DNA of 64,000 nt, from assembly GCF_004010195.1 (NCBI RefSeq), contig NC_057718.1, forward strand, positions 55,482,422 through 55,546,421, given 5' to 3'. The position numbers and the translations under genes are program-made. This document shows positions 50,413 to 64,000 of this stretch, in pieces (the stretch's first letter is position 1; each line of letters begins with the position of its first letter). The notes under the pieces are model-generated. The model was not told the origin of the DNA and searched no databases. It saw nothing but the letters and a program-made list of their open reading frames with translations. Origin of the DNA: Chiloscyllium plagiosum. Its lineage: Eukaryota.

Positions 50413-50622
50413 TGATGTGTATGGAATGAGCTGCCAGAGGATGTGGTGGAGGCTGGTACAATTGCAACATTTAAGAGGCATTTGGATGGGTATATGAATA
50501 GGAAGGGTTTGGAGGGATGTGGGCCGGGTGCTGGCAGGTGGGACTAGATTGGGTTGGGATATCTGGTCGGCATGAACGGGTTGGACTGAAGGGTCTGTTT
50601 CCATGCTGTACATCTCTATGAC
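50413..50622 (+). mobile_element. Young CR1 3' end
   Basis: VWNELPEDVVEAGTIATFKRHLDGYM; tail CTCTATGAC. Confidence 0.9.
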
Positions 50623-53600
50623 CTGAATTGACTTATTATCCGAAAGAGAGAGAGAGAGAGTGCAGGCTTTGGCCAGAAGTACAGGGAAGTGACACAAGGT
50701 AAGTTGCTCCTTTGGAGAGCCAGCATAGACAAACAGGCTGAATATAAATCATTCTGTCATACTGTGATAACAAAATTGTTAAAGAAAAGTTAGGACCAGT
50801 TAGAAACTAAAGCAGACATTCATTCATGGAAGATGAAGAAATGGTTTATAGGATTTGGAAGCCATGAAATAGATGTAGGGTGTGTGTTGTTTGGGGACAG
50901 GAGATGTGGACAAAGTACAGGGAGCTAAGAAGTGTGCAAGTTTGAGCTGGGGAAAGGAGATGGAGAGGGGAAAGGAGAAACTTAGAAATGGAAGTGGGTG
51001 ACTGGAATTTGTGGGGTAGTGGTAGTGTTGGCTGCAGGGGTAGAGAGTCGGGATATATAAGGGAGCAATTTTGTGATGGCTTCCCAAATCATTCTCAGCT
51101 CTGGGGGACTTCCTCTGAGGAAGACCGGGAATCAGATCAATTGCCCTTTTCATATAGGCAGCAGCCAATTAAGTCACTGTGCAATGCCACCAGTATTTTC
51201 AAAAGATACTTGATATGTTGCAGCACAGGAGGTTTGTTGATAAGATTAAAGGCGTTAATATATCATGAAAATGTGGTGGGGAGTGATCAATTGACAAATC
51301 AAAGAAAGACACATTGCACTGCTCTAATGATGCCTTTTAAACTCGCCAGTTCATTAGAATTCACTTACGGGTTTAAGGCCCAATGTGCAACAGGATCTGT
51401 GACTTTAATCCATGTAACTCAGTCTCAACTCCAGTATTTAAAGACCCAAACTGAGTTGCAAAAAGATGTAATAATGGATTGCAGAAGAAGGATCATGGTT
51501 TAGCAATGCTTTGTTTTGAGCTGGCATTGCCAGTGAGGAGCTGGAGAAAGGCACTCTCAGTTAGCAGTGGGAGCTAATTCATTGCTGACATGGGGAAGAA
51601 ATGACTGGAAGTGGCTGAGGAGGACAACACAGGAATAGGACCAGTTTTGTGTATTCAGTTTCTTTAGTGACCTAATTGAGTCAGAAAAAGTGAATAATTT
51701 AATATTGTCAACGTCTGACACACCACCCTTTTACATTATCTTGTCAAACTAGCTCCATTATAGCACTTCTCACACCCATTTGCATGTACATCAAATCTTC
51801 TTTACCATATACTTCCCCAAATCATCTTCCATTATTCTATTGCTTTCACTTATTGTGTAATTAATTTCTCATTCTGATAGGCATCCTTATGAAATTGATT
51901 GCATCAGCTGGATGCCATTACAGTCACTTATTAGGTCTATTGCTTCCCTCTCTGCATAAAAAAAAACAAAAAACAAAACGTCTGCCTCCTCAGTTTCCAG
52001 TTTTCAAATGCAGAGAAGGTGTTAGTGATTAGTGAATTTTCAGGATTCTTGATCCTGGAGGACCGGATGGTGGAAACCTCCACCTGCCTGGTGGAACAAC
52101 TTAAATAGTAGCAAGTTACTTGTCATTCTGCTGATGGTCCTGACATTTTGGTCAGTAGTGAAGTAATGTAATTCGCTGCTGACCTTGTAGAAAGCTGGTC
52201 TTGAAGGTCTCGTGATCTCTGGTATGAATTTTTCCTTTCCTGATAACTTTTAATGATTCTGATACCAAATGGGAATATCTCTGGGTTTCTGGAAACAGTG
52301 GGGATGTCAATACGGCAAGCAGAAATCCCTTTCACTTAAGATTTTCCACTTTAATTTTATAGAGAATAAAATAAATCATCTATACCTACAGATTGAGAGT
52401 AGAAGCTTAAACATTAACATCTAAGAACGATTTTAAAATTGCTAGTTTTTGCTTAGTCATGATGGAGGAATTTAAAAGTCTGTAACTATAAAATTAGGTT
52501 TGTAGAGCCAATGAAGCTGTTAATAAATAGATCTGGCTTAGCACACATTTTAAAGTCCAGTTACTTCTCACTTAACAAGGTGCAACATTTAAGCATTTTT
52601 ATTAGAATAATAGTGTAAAGGAAAGTTCTTGATTATTCAGTAATTTTTATTTGATTGTGTTTTTTAAAGGGGCCTTCAGTAGTGCACTCTATTGGGAATT
52701 GTAAAATCACTGACAGGAACTCCTGAGTTAAGCATACATGCATGGATTCCTCAAGTTTTTGTCAATTTCTAAGGAACAGTAATATGAAACGTACAGTTTT
52801 GCTACATTGCTGCTTCAAATACAAGGCGCTGATTTCAACAAGAAGTAAAATTTGATCAGTTTCATAATAAGTTGCAACATATCTTTGATCTCCTACAGCA
52901 CATTTGTAAGTGAATTATAGTGAATGACTACTACAACATCAGGCAAACTGAACAATGCACTAGCTTAGACACTTGCATTTTAATAAGACCAGGTTTTCAC
53001 TTAGTGTTTCTATTCACAAATAAGCCAGACTGGATGATATTGGCAAATCTATTAGTGGAGAGTCTGTATCAACTACACAGCCCTTTCCAAGCTCTGCTCA
53101 GCTGGACACATGCTGTACACAGTGCCATTAAAGTAAAGAGGAATTGTTTAGCAGCAGTAATGTGTGATGTACAGACAGGCCTTGCAAGCAATCAAACAGA
53201 GATTGCAGAGAGAGTTGAGATATCCACCTCAATCATAACTAGATTGATGCCACAGGGTATAGCAATATGCAGTTCAATGAGTAGAGTACCAAAATGATTT
53301 AAAGTGATAACTGTGGGTTGGTGGCAATTGTTCTATTTGATTCAGTGCATGCTAATATCTGTGACATTAGAATTGCTCTTTGGGCAACGGATTTCTCTCT
53401 GCCTAAATAATCTCTTGTCTAATTCAGTTACTGTGACATTTGTGAACACTATATGTAAAACCATTTTTTCAGTAATTCACCCGTATATTTTCTTTACACA
53501 GCAAATATCTGTGGGGACCGATGTATCCTAATCATTGCCAAGTTATCATTTAGAAGGGCCAATTACAATTAATTGAATCAGCTGTACTGCCCAAGCCATG

Positions 53601-53889
53601 CTAAACCAAGTAGCGAGAATGAGGGTTCTTGCGGCACAGTGGGTGTCTCTACCTCTGAACAAGGCGGCTTTGGTTCAACTCTCACCTATTCTAAAGTTGT
53701 CTAATATCTTTGAATGCATTGATTAGAAAAAAAATCTAACTCATTGGAATATGGTAACTGTGATATCTGATTGTTTTGCCTAGGATTCAAGTCACTACTT
53801 TTATTTCGGTCTTCTCTGAGAACTGTTGGTTTCTCAAATAGCAAGTTGAATATTCTCACTTTACAGGAGTTCTGCTGAAGTTTTATTTT

Positions 53890-54340
53890 TAACTAAATAG
53901 CTGAAGAAACTCAGCAAGTCTGGAAACATCTTGGAAGAGAAAGAAGAACACGGATAGATGAAGATGGAGTCCAGAAAGAGAAAAAGAAAGTTAGGCATAC
54001 AAAGGGATAGTTAATAGTATGCCAGGGACCAGGAAAAACTGACACTTGGGACAATGTTTGGATGAAAATGGGTTGGCTGTGCTGGAACACATATCATGAG
54101 TGGACCTGGAGTGCAGGGTGGGTAGAAGACATAGACGATGATGTACGGGCTGTAAAATTATTGAATTTGAAACTGGGTCCTGAAGGCTGTAGGATCTCCC
54201 AATTCTGCTTATTCCTCTCCTTCTCCTAAACTCCCTGTCAACAGCATAAGTACCACCTTTTCCTAGCCTCTATCAGTTCTGAAGAAGGGTTACAGGATCC
54301 GAACTTTAACTCTCTTTCCACAGATGTTGCCAGACCTAAT
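53890..54340. mobile_element. Degenerate fold-back PLE termini
   Basis: CAAGTCTGGAAACATCT (~53916) is inverted relative to AGATGTTGCCAGACCT (~54322); AGTT-CTGAAGA-A-GGGTT-ACAG-GATCC-GAAC-TTT-AACT at 54275-54311. Confidence 0.55.
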
Positions 54341-56092
54341 GAATGGGATGAGGACATGTCTGCCTAGTCCAGCTTTTATTTCCCATCCCATTTGCCCAGA
54401 AGACAGTCAAGTATCAACCACATTTGTGGTCTGGAATTATGTGTGAGGATAGCAGTTTCTTTCCCTGAAGGATATGAGCAAACCAGATGAGTTTTCCTCA
54501 CAAATCGATAATGGATTCATCTGTTGTGACGAAATTTGAACCTGGCTTCTCAGATCAATTCCTGGGTGTCTGGATTAACAGTCCATTGATAATACCACTA
54601 GATTATTGTAATTTTTTTCTGGTAATTTTCTGTTTTGGTTTCAAATCTTCAACATCTGCAATTCTTTGGTTTAGTTCAGCATTTTATTTTTAATTAATTT
54701 TCAATTTCATACCTTTCGGGACAATAAAACATTTAGTCAATAAAAACCCAAATTATGATTTCCCCACCAAATCACTTTGCAACTGCGTTAACATTAAAAT
54801 ATAGTTCACTACAGATGTGAACTTAACAATGTGTTCACTTGGCAATATTATTTAGTTTCCATTAATTAGGAGGAAAATTCTATGGGGATTTCCCAAGATT
54901 CACACAATCCACATCTTTTGAGGGAAAGGAGTACTCCATTATTTCCCAGGTTCATCTGGGGTAATATCTATTCAATTTTATTTTCCAAAGGAAAACAATG
55001 GATACTAATTATTACTACATATGCTCTAAATGGTTAATCAAACATTCTTAAAAGATTATCCAATTGTCTTATTGCCTGTATCCATCTTGTGGACAGTTCT
55101 TACTAAGTAGGGTTCTCCCTAGCTTTTATTGTTCTGGTCCAAAATTTTTTTTTATATCCCTTTTCATTAATTTTACTCACTTTGGTCACACGTGTGTTTA
55201 CTGCCAGCTCTCTGCGCAGGAGATGAGCAGCAATGGAATCAAAACAATCAATTACACATGTTTAAAGCTAGATCTTAGATATAGTAACTTTCAATCTTTT
55301 ATAATTGCACAAAAACAATTCATATTTCTTGGCACATAAGCTAGTTATCAACATCAGTTGGATTCAATTTAAAACGTACTTTGTCTCTTCCTAATCTTCT
55401 GCTCAGTAGCTCATCATGATCATCCGAACTGCACTGCACCAGATCTACTATCGCATTCTTGTATTTGAGAGTATAGTGCCACACTGCTTCAGATAACCCA
55501 ACAGTTCATAATTTCTTACCTGTGCGAAATATTCACAAAACTTCAGTTAACTATGCCTTCTCTCCAGCATTTTTCTTAATTCGGCTCATTTGGGTCTTGT
55601 AGTTTGGTGCTCCAATAAATGACTCATTTTACTTAATTTAAATCTTTCCAGTTTAGCTGTACATGAATGAAATTGAATGCTTTTCTTAGATTAACCTTCT
55701 TCCAGACTTGCAAGAAGCTAGACTAAATCACTGGTAAACAATTTTCTCAAAATTCTTATCTCTTGCAGGCAAATTCCAATCAGTCAAACTTAGCCCCTGA
55801 TTGATTCATAGCTTGTAGTTCTGTCTACTAGAAGTGATGAGCTGCATGGTTTAGGATCGTATGCAGTTTTTTAATATGTGCAGAAACAAGGCAGTTCACA
55901 TCAGCACAAATTACATTTGTGACTGAAATCTTGCTGCACATTTATAGAGAGGATAACCCTCACATTAGATGAATTCTCCTGGTTGATATGGCCTAGATTA
56001 CTCGCACACACTGGTGGGGAGGTAAACAATGAAATACAAACCTCTGTTTCTCATTGCAGAGAAATGCACATAAATTGTCAATGTAATAAACA

Positions 56093-56751
56093 AGCCATAA
56101 ATCTATTATACCTTGGATCACCCACATCCCTAATCCTGACAACATGAGACCCTGACCCCTAATGTTAATCATTACCTACAATATGCACCCTACAGATAGA
56201 GTGCAGGGGAATTCAGACCCAGATCCTAAACCTACATATTCCCCCCTTTTTTTTTGTAGTATGTGAGGGGCTGCTACCAACTGTAGTCAAATTACAACTG
56301 TAAAATTTGTTTTTAACAAATTACAACTGTAGTCAAACATTAACATAAGAGCTGACATTTGGAGAGGAAATAGGAGTGATTACCCTTAATATCATGGTAA
56401 CTTTTGATAGATTAGCCATAAATCTATTATACCTTGGATCACCCACATCCCTAATCCTGACAACATGAGACCCTGACCTATAACTCTAGCCTGATCCCTA
56501 ATGTTAATCATTACCTACAATATGCACCCTACAGATCGAGTGCAGGGGAATTCAGACCCAGATCCTAAACCTACATATTCCCCCCTTTTTTTTGTAGTAT
56601 GTGAGGGGCTGCTACCAACTGTAGTCAAATTACAACTGTAAAATTTGTTTTTAACAAATTACAACTGTAGTCAAACATTAACATAAGAGCTGACATTTGG
56701 AGAGGAAATAGGAGTGATTACCCTTAATATCATGGTAACTTTTGATAGATT
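56093..56751. repeat. Near-perfect tandem duplication (321 + 338 bp)
   Basis: Units 56093-56413 and 56414-56751 differ by an 18-bp indel, one T in a homopolymer and one substitution, as far as I can see. Confidence 0.95.
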
Positions 56752-56829
56752 ATGTGCCTTCAAACTTTTCTAGTGAAATTTAAATAAATGAGAATTGGAG
56801 AATACTGGAGTCACACAAAAAGCAAAGAC

Positions 56830-57560
56830 AAATGGAGGCAAAGCATCTCAGTCCAGGTCCTCAGTCCAAATCACTACATGAGTTCCTCAAAGTGAGTCCT
56901 AGGCCTAAACTTCTTCAATTACATCATTAATGACCTTCCCTTCAGGTCAGAGTTGGAAAGCACACTGATGATTGCCCAAAGTCAGTACCATTCACAAATT
57001 CTTTCTTATTGAAGCAATCCTTCTCCACATACAGAAAGATCTGAATAAAGTTCAGGCTTGGGCTGGTAAGTGGTAAATAACATTCACATCTCTGAAGTTT
57101 CAGGGAATAACCATCCACAACAAGAGTGGATCTAACTATGCCTTCTTGATATTCATAGGAACATGTGTAGGTCATTTAGCCCCTTGAGCCTGTTCCACCA
57201 TTCAATGAGATCAGTGGCCTAACTCTTTATACATATCTTTGGCTAACAAAAAAATATCTCACATTTAAAATTAACAACTGATAAAGCATCCACAGCTAAT
57301 TGTTGAAGAGCGTTCCATATGTCTAACACTGTTTGTGTAGAAGTGCTTGCTAACATTTAACCTGAACAGTCTGGCCCTAATTCTCACACTATAGCACATA
57401 CTTGTAGAATCCCCAGCCAAAATAGTTTATCTACCCTGTCTTTTCCTGCTAATATCTTGAAGACTTTGATCAGATTACCCTTAACTTTCAATGGTATTAC
57501 CATTCCTGAATCCCCCATCATGAACAACATTCTGGAAATTGCCATAGACCAGAACAGCCA
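56830..57560. mobile_element. Old nested CR1 fragments (plus-strand host, minus-strand 3' end at ~57155-57490)
   Basis: GTTCCTCAAAGTGAGTCCTAGGCCT (decayed PQGSVLGP) and a CR1 tail-like block. Confidence 0.55.
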
Positions 57561-58780
57561 ACAATCATGACCAGATTAAAAACCAACTTTATTATCTATT
57601 TATAATTTATAGGTGACTGTGTTTATGAAAGCACATTAAACAGCTGAACAAAGATGGCTGCTATAAATATCATTGGATTTAGTGCTGTAGTATTTTTCTG
57701 GAAGCTTTTCAAATGTTGAAGTCAGTCAGATAATCAGTTTCCCAATGATGCACAAATTAACTATTGTGTTTATAAACTGCCAAAGACAAATACACAATAG
57801 AATTGCAGGTAACACCTATCCTGGAAGATGATGTGATAATGAGTTTCCAATTAACCTTTGAGATGGACCAGAGATAGCTGGTTATCTGTAGATCAAGTCT
57901 TCATCTCAATGGTAATTGTCTCCTTCATCCCCAACCCAAATGAAGCTTGGTCACATGACTCTGAGTGCTGAACTCAACTGCTACTTTGGTCATACAATTA
58001 GTCACAATATTTAATGCCTTTAAGTGTCAAAAGGGAGATAATTAGATTCTCTCAATGGATATTTTCATTTCCCAACACCTTCGGCACACTAAGCCTAAAT
58101 GTTGCCCAAGAATTGCTGGATGCAAATATGAACTGCTTCATTACCTGAGAAAAATACTAGAATAATCAGCAAACATCTCCACTTCTGACCCTATGATGGA
58201 AGAAATGTAATTGCTGAAGCAGCTGAAAATAGGTGATCCTAGGACATTGCCCTGAGAAGTTCTTGCAGCAATGTCTTAGGATTGAAATGATTAAGGTATT
58301 CTAATCAATGACTGAATGGTGAGACAGTTGTTTGGGATATTGAGAAGGGATGGTTGGTGATGAACAGAGCTCTTCCATTTCCTGTGTGTACACAAAGAGA
58401 AAAGTAAAGATCAAAAAGACTCATGGGCAGAACTCTGTGTTTCAGAAAGCTAATTCTCCAGCCCAGAATCAGAAGCTGACTGGGAAATGTTAATTCAGTC
58501 CCTTGATGGAGATAATATGGATTACTTTGGCATATACATTTTTTTTCCATCCCTGAAGAATGTTCTATAGTTACTTGAATCAGTGATATTTAATTGCCGT
58601 AACAAATTGCAGATTCTGGAAACTTGAATTTAATTTTTAGAAAAAGATGAGGAAAGAGACAAAGGTTAAGATTCATGACTTGTCAAAATGAGTAAAATGT
58701 AGAGGATATATCATTTTTTTTTAGTAACTGCAGGGGCAGTGATAAAAGGGAGAACAAATGAGAGAGTGAACTGTTTAGCA

Positions 58781-59920
58781 GGGTTAGATCTCATGGAATA
58801 CAGGGAGAACTGGCCATTTGGATACAGAACTGGCTCAAAGGTAGAAGAAAGAGGGTGGTGGTTGCGGAGGGTTGTTTTTCAGACTGGAGGCCTGTGATCG
58901 GTGGAGTGCCACAAGGATCAGTGCTGGGTCCACTACGTTTTGTCATTTACATAAATGATTTGCGTACGAGCGTAAGAGGTGCAGTTAGTAAGTTTGCAGA
59001 TGACACCAAAATTGGATATGTCATGGACAGCGAAGAAGATTACCTCAGATTACAACAGGATCTTGACGAGATGGGCCAATGGACTGAGAAGTGGCAGATG
59101 GAGTTTAATTCAGATAAATGTGAGGTGTTGCATTTTGGGAAAGCAAATCTTAGCAGGACTTATACACTTAATGGTAAGGTCCTAGGGAATGTTGCTGAAC
59201 AAAGAGACCTTGGAGTGCAGGTTCACAGCTCCTTGAAAATGGAGCCGCAGGTAGATAGGATAGTGAAGAAGACGTTTGGTATGCTTTCTTTTATTGGTCA
59301 GAGTATTGAGTACAGGACTTGGGAGGTCATGTTGTGGCTGTACAGGACATTGGTAGGGCCACTGTTGGAATATTGCGTGCAATTCTGGTCTCCTTCCTAC
59401 CGGAAAGATGTTGTGAAACTTGAAAAGGTTCAGAAAAGATTTACAAGATGTTGCCAGGGTTAGAGGATTTGAGCTATAGGGAGAGGCTGAACAGGCTGGG
59501 GCTGTTTTCCTTGGAGCATCGGAGGTTGAGGGGTGACCTTATAGCGGTTTACAAAATTATGAGGGGCATAGATAGGACAAATAGACAAAGTCTTTTTCCT
59601 GGGTCAAGGAGTCCAGAACTAGAGGGCATAGGTTTAGGGGGTGAGAGGGGAAAGATATAAAAGAGACTTAAGGGGCAACTTTTTCACACAGAGGGTGCTG
59701 CGTGTATGGAATGAGCTGCCAGAGGAAGTGATGGAAGCTGGTACAATTACAACATTTAAAAGGCATTTGGATGGGTATATGAATAGGAAGGGTTTGTAGG
59801 GATATGGGCCGGGTACTGGCAGGTGGGACTAGATTGGGTTGGGTTATCTGGTCGGCATGGACAGGTTAGACCAAAGGGTCTGTTTCCATGTTGTACATCT
59901 CTATGACTATCTATGACTCT
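58781..59920 (+). mobile_element. Young 5'-truncated CR1 LINE (RT C-terminal half)
   Basis: ORF 58855-59463: GVPQGSVLGP..IYINDL..KFADDTK..LEYCVQFWSP; one frameshift near 59448; tail CTCTATGACTATCTATGACTCT. Confidence 0.95.
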
Positions 59921-62900
59921 GTGAAAGGGTTTTGTAAAAGACCAATTTAGTATGCTCCTCAGTGGCGAATTTAGTGATAGGAAGGACATTTAATCGGGCA
60001 GGAATGTGGCAGTGGGGACATGATGGAATGGCCATCCTGCTGAGTCCATTAAGGCACTTTTGTTTTTGTTCAAAGCAATTCCATGCCTGATGAAAGCACT
60101 TGGCATTTGGAAGCATGGGAGCTTGTGAAGACTCACTTTGCCCTTACTACCAACCTCACCTTTCTTGCATCACTCCTACCAACCACTGGGGTCCAATGAT
60201 GATTCAAGGTCTCTGGTGGGTGTTGTATTGATAGCAGCCATCATCCTACCATTGATCATATTGTTCAGTAGGTTGCTAGTCCATGGTTCTCTCAGCCTTG
60301 GGGGACTTCTACCCTCAGAGCCTTTGATCTTGTGAAGGACTGTCAGTGCGTAGAAATGGCACTTAATGTGGCAAGACTTCCTTAAAAGAAGTGTACTGCT
60401 CAATCGTGCAAAAAATTGGAAATGGTAATGGAGCAAGTGAAAAATCTAAAAGTTCATCTAAAGTAACTAATGAGAAACAGCCATCTGGAAAATAAACTAG
60501 AACAGTGGTTTTGAGTTGAAATTATTGGACTCCCTGTTGAGTCCATATAACTGTAAAGAGCCTATTTGTAAAATGGGTGTTATGTCTTGGTCTTCCATTG
60601 AATTGCAAATAAACAATGCAGGAAATTGAGTTCAGAATGGGATGAGCAATTGTAGGGTCAAGAAGCACCTGATCAAGGTCGGGCACACTGATTGAATAAA
60701 GCTTTCACCTAATTGGTGGTACCTTTCTCTCCCTATTGGAGAGAATACACCTTGATAAGCAGACAACAGAGTGCATTAAATGGAAAAATAGGCTTTTTTT
60801 TGTCTGAGGGGATGTTTGAGGTCCTGATGGTAGGAAGGGATAAGGTGAGGTGAAAGGGCTAGTGTGCTACAAAAGGAATGATCCTTGTGCTAGTTGAAAG
60901 GGAGGTGACCAGGTGGAAATGTTCAGTGTTGGCATTGTACTGGATGATTAATTGAATATGGAGATTGATGAAATGACAGGTGGAATCATGACTACAGCAT
61001 AGAAAGAGGACATTTGCCCCATTTGAGTCCATGCTGACTGTGCAGAAAGAGTCCAGTTAGTCTTCATTGTCTGATATTTTTTGTACTGCTGCAATTCCAT
61101 CCCCCACTGACCCCTATTAAACACTGTTCCTGTTGGTTGATAGTCCAAGCACTTGGGAAGACATTTTAGATTTACAGCAGGTTGTGAGGATGATTGTGTT
61201 TTATGCAGTAAGTGATATTAACTTGGAATGGCCTTCTGACAGAAAGCTAAAAAGAACTGTGAGCTAAAAAGCATAATTGTGACAAATGAATTTGCAGAGC
61301 TCTGGGGCTGGAGCAAGAGAAATAGTACTGACTAGATTGCTCTATTGAAAGCTGGCATAAACTTGTATTGAAAGATTTCCTATGCTGTAAGGTTAAGGAG
61401 TGGTTTCCTGCCCTGTCACCTGAATAGTTAGTGAGAAATGTATCCCCACCAATCACAGTTGTCCCATAGCCATTTGGTGCTACAAGAGATTAGTAATTGA
61501 CTGAAGATGGAGCTTTTGGCCTTCATTTTGCTTGAAGTACCGTCTGAAAGAGCTTCAGGTCAATCTGTCTTTCATAGAAGAAAATTCACTTTGTTTTACC
61601 TGTCATATGTTAGTAGAGTACGTGGAACATGTGTTTTCTGGGTGCTGTTATTTAATTAGATATTGGGCACAACTTGAACACTAAGTGCTGATAGCTTGCT
61701 TTTAAAAAGTGTATCAATCCCAGAATCTGGGTTTTTAATATTTTTTAATAGATATTTTTATTGAAAATTTAACATGTTTTTACAAACTTGGAGAATAATA
61801 CACACAAATACAAATATTAATATATAATTATTAAATAAATAACCAAAACCTAACAGACAAAAAGAAGAGATAAAGAGAAAATAAAGGAGAAAACAAAACT
61901 CAACTAACTACTAATCTAACCTACAACTAACCAGAGTGTATAATAAAATATCTTACATTACTCAAGAGAAAAAAAAGAATAACATAGTAATTAAATAGTG
62001 AAGTACATGCTCGGAACGAATTAACATCAAGTCATAATAAAACCCGTATTCATGGTGATGTTTAAAAGTGTCACATTATCAGTTTTTCACACTGCTGGAA
62101 CCCTCCCAGAATTCAATGTGTTATGACATGGAGACAAACATTTAGGAGCTAAATCAAATCAGTCCTCATAACAACAGTGTTTATAATAAAGTAAAATTAA
62201 AACCTTCAAAGACCCAAAAATTGACCCCAATGGTTCCTAACCAGACATTTTCAATAACCAGTCTGAGACTTTATGAATAATCAGTACTTGACACTTGATA
62301 GCTTAAACAAAATACTTCATAATTTACAAATAATACGGTAACATTAGCAAAGCAAAATTAAATAATAAAATAAAGTCACAAGAGACACAAACACAGTTAA
62401 GGGATAAATTTAAGAAAAGGAAACATAAAACTGGTCAGATCATTTAAGCAGTTTCCATGATGTGCTGCTTCACTGGTATGTGAAATGATCTCTTGATTTT
62501 GGAAGATGTTGATCAATGCTGTTTGAGTTCACTCTGAAGATGCAATTAAAGCTATAACGTACTAGAAACAAAAATGTTGGAGATCACAACAGGTCAGGCA
62601 GCAGCTATGGAGAGAAAGCAAGCTAGTTTCTATTCACTGAACTACCAATAGCTGATAATGGTAGATTAGGCAGAGGGCTTTCAAATCTCCATGCTGCAGC
62701 ATCAACTGCCAGACTCCTCTCCCTCAGAACCCTCCAGGTCAAAAATATTCCAACCTCTCCTTCCGTTTGGTCATCATTTTCTCCCAGACTTGCTGGCATC
62801 AGTTGTCAGATACTGACTTCATGAGGAGTCAAACATCTGCTCCCTAAGCATACTGCTGCTCTGGAGTTGAAAATTCTATGGAGTTCTTTGAACAAGAACT

Positions 62901-63149
62901 AAACTGCAGTTAAGTTTCAGGCTTGGCCTCAAAAACAAATAATAGCTTGTTTGTTCTATTTGATTTTAACGTGAATTACTTATCACTGTCCTAAGATCAC
63001 CTATCAATTCTTAGCTCACGTTCACAGCTGCAAACCAAAAATTGATTAGAGTGAAAATGAAGAAATCAGCGTGGGTTCTAAGAACTGATTTTGGAATACT
63101 TTGACCAGTACCTTTGTAATCTCTACAGCTACTTCAAGTCAGAGATATC

Positions 63150-63950
63150 AGCAGCAAAATAAAAGGCCCTTTGGCCTGTTGAGTCTGTGCCAGTCAAAAG
63201 CAAGCACAAGTATTCCAATCCCATTTTTGAGCACTTGGACTATAGTCTTGTATGTTTTAGCATGACAAGTACACATCTAAATACTTCTTAAATGTTAAGT
63301 GTTTGTGCCCCTACCATCCTTTATAGGCAGTAAGTTCCAGATTCCTATCATCCTCGGGTTGAAATCCTTTTCCCCTTACATCACCTCTAAACTTTTTGCT
63401 TCTTACCTTAAATCTGTGCCACCAAAGGGAAAGTTCCTTTCTGTCTATCCTATCTATGCCTTTCATAACTTTATACATCTCAATCATGTTTCTCTCCATC
63501 TTTTCTGCTCCAAGGAAGACCACTTCAGTCGTTCTTCATAGTAAAACTCTCCAGCTTAAGTAACATCCAGTACTGCACATACAACTCTAGCTGTGGTCTC
63601 CAACACTTTGTATAGATCCAGCATATCGCAGTTGCTATTAAACTCTATGCCTCGGCTAATATCCATATATCTTCTTAGCCACTTTATCTACCTGTCCTGC
63701 TACTTTAAGTGACAGAGAGGTGTGTACACCAAGGTCCCTCTGATCCTTGGTGCTTTCCAGGGTTCGACCATTCATGTATTTCCTTGCTGTGTTTGTCCTG
63801 TCCAAGTGCATCATCCCACACTTAACTAGATTGATCAGTGACAAATTGAATTCAATCATCTGACGAGCCCATCTATATCCTCCTGTAATCTAAGGCTCTC
63901 CTCCTCACTATTTACCACCCCCCATTTTTGTAATGTATCATAAAACACTT
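63150..63950 (-). mobile_element. Older CR1 ORF2 3' fragment
   Basis: QRDLGVH (63656-63859) and MIEMYKVMKGIDR (63311-63523). Confidence 0.8.
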
Positions 63951-64000
63951 AGAGTCATAGAGCTGTACAGCACGGAAACAGACTCTTCAGTCCAATTCGT
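63950..64000 (-). mobile_element. 3' tail of a young CR1 running off the window
   Basis: TAGAGTCATAGAGCTGTACAGCACGGAAACAGAC is the reverse complement of the CR1 tail. Confidence 0.8.

Noticed and set aside
50988..51503. 171-aa intronic ORF as an EML6 exon or nested gene
   Set aside because: No WD40/EML-like sequence, starts in low-complexity purine-rich DNA, and has no recognisable motif
61740..63100. AT-rich LTR-like or LINE-tail sequences (also ~540-1100, 4860-5700, 12760-13180, 47930-48270)
   Set aside because: Probably solo LTRs or other repeats, but termini and family could not be supported by eye

Overview
Repeat-dense eukaryotic DNA, inferred to be from a cartilaginous fish (HE1/V-type SINEs, CR1 LINEs with (TCTATGAC)n tails, Penelope-like elements). 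Only one host coding exon is securely identifiable: the ATG-containing exon of EML6 (44510-44706, +), preceded by a CpG-rich promoter-like patch and followed by about 19 kb of intron. The rest is mostly decayed transposons: many CR1 fragments, Rex1/Babar- and Tx1-like LINE fragments, two Gypsy LTR elements with the inverted Gmr1-type order PR-IN-RT-RH, a third Gypsy element that hosts one of them, and a Penelope-like element (PLE). The most interesting signal is about ten minimal hammerhead-ribozyme-like motifs (CUGANGA-A-stemII-GAAA-CG-UH) in short PLE-terminus insertions. Stems I and II co-vary across subfamilies, and several insertions are fold-back or tandem and flanked by 11-22 bp target duplications. 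Weaker evidence suggests a decayed multi-exon gene on the minus strand, head-to-head with EML6. Repeat boundaries are by eye and approximate unless exact motifs are quoted.
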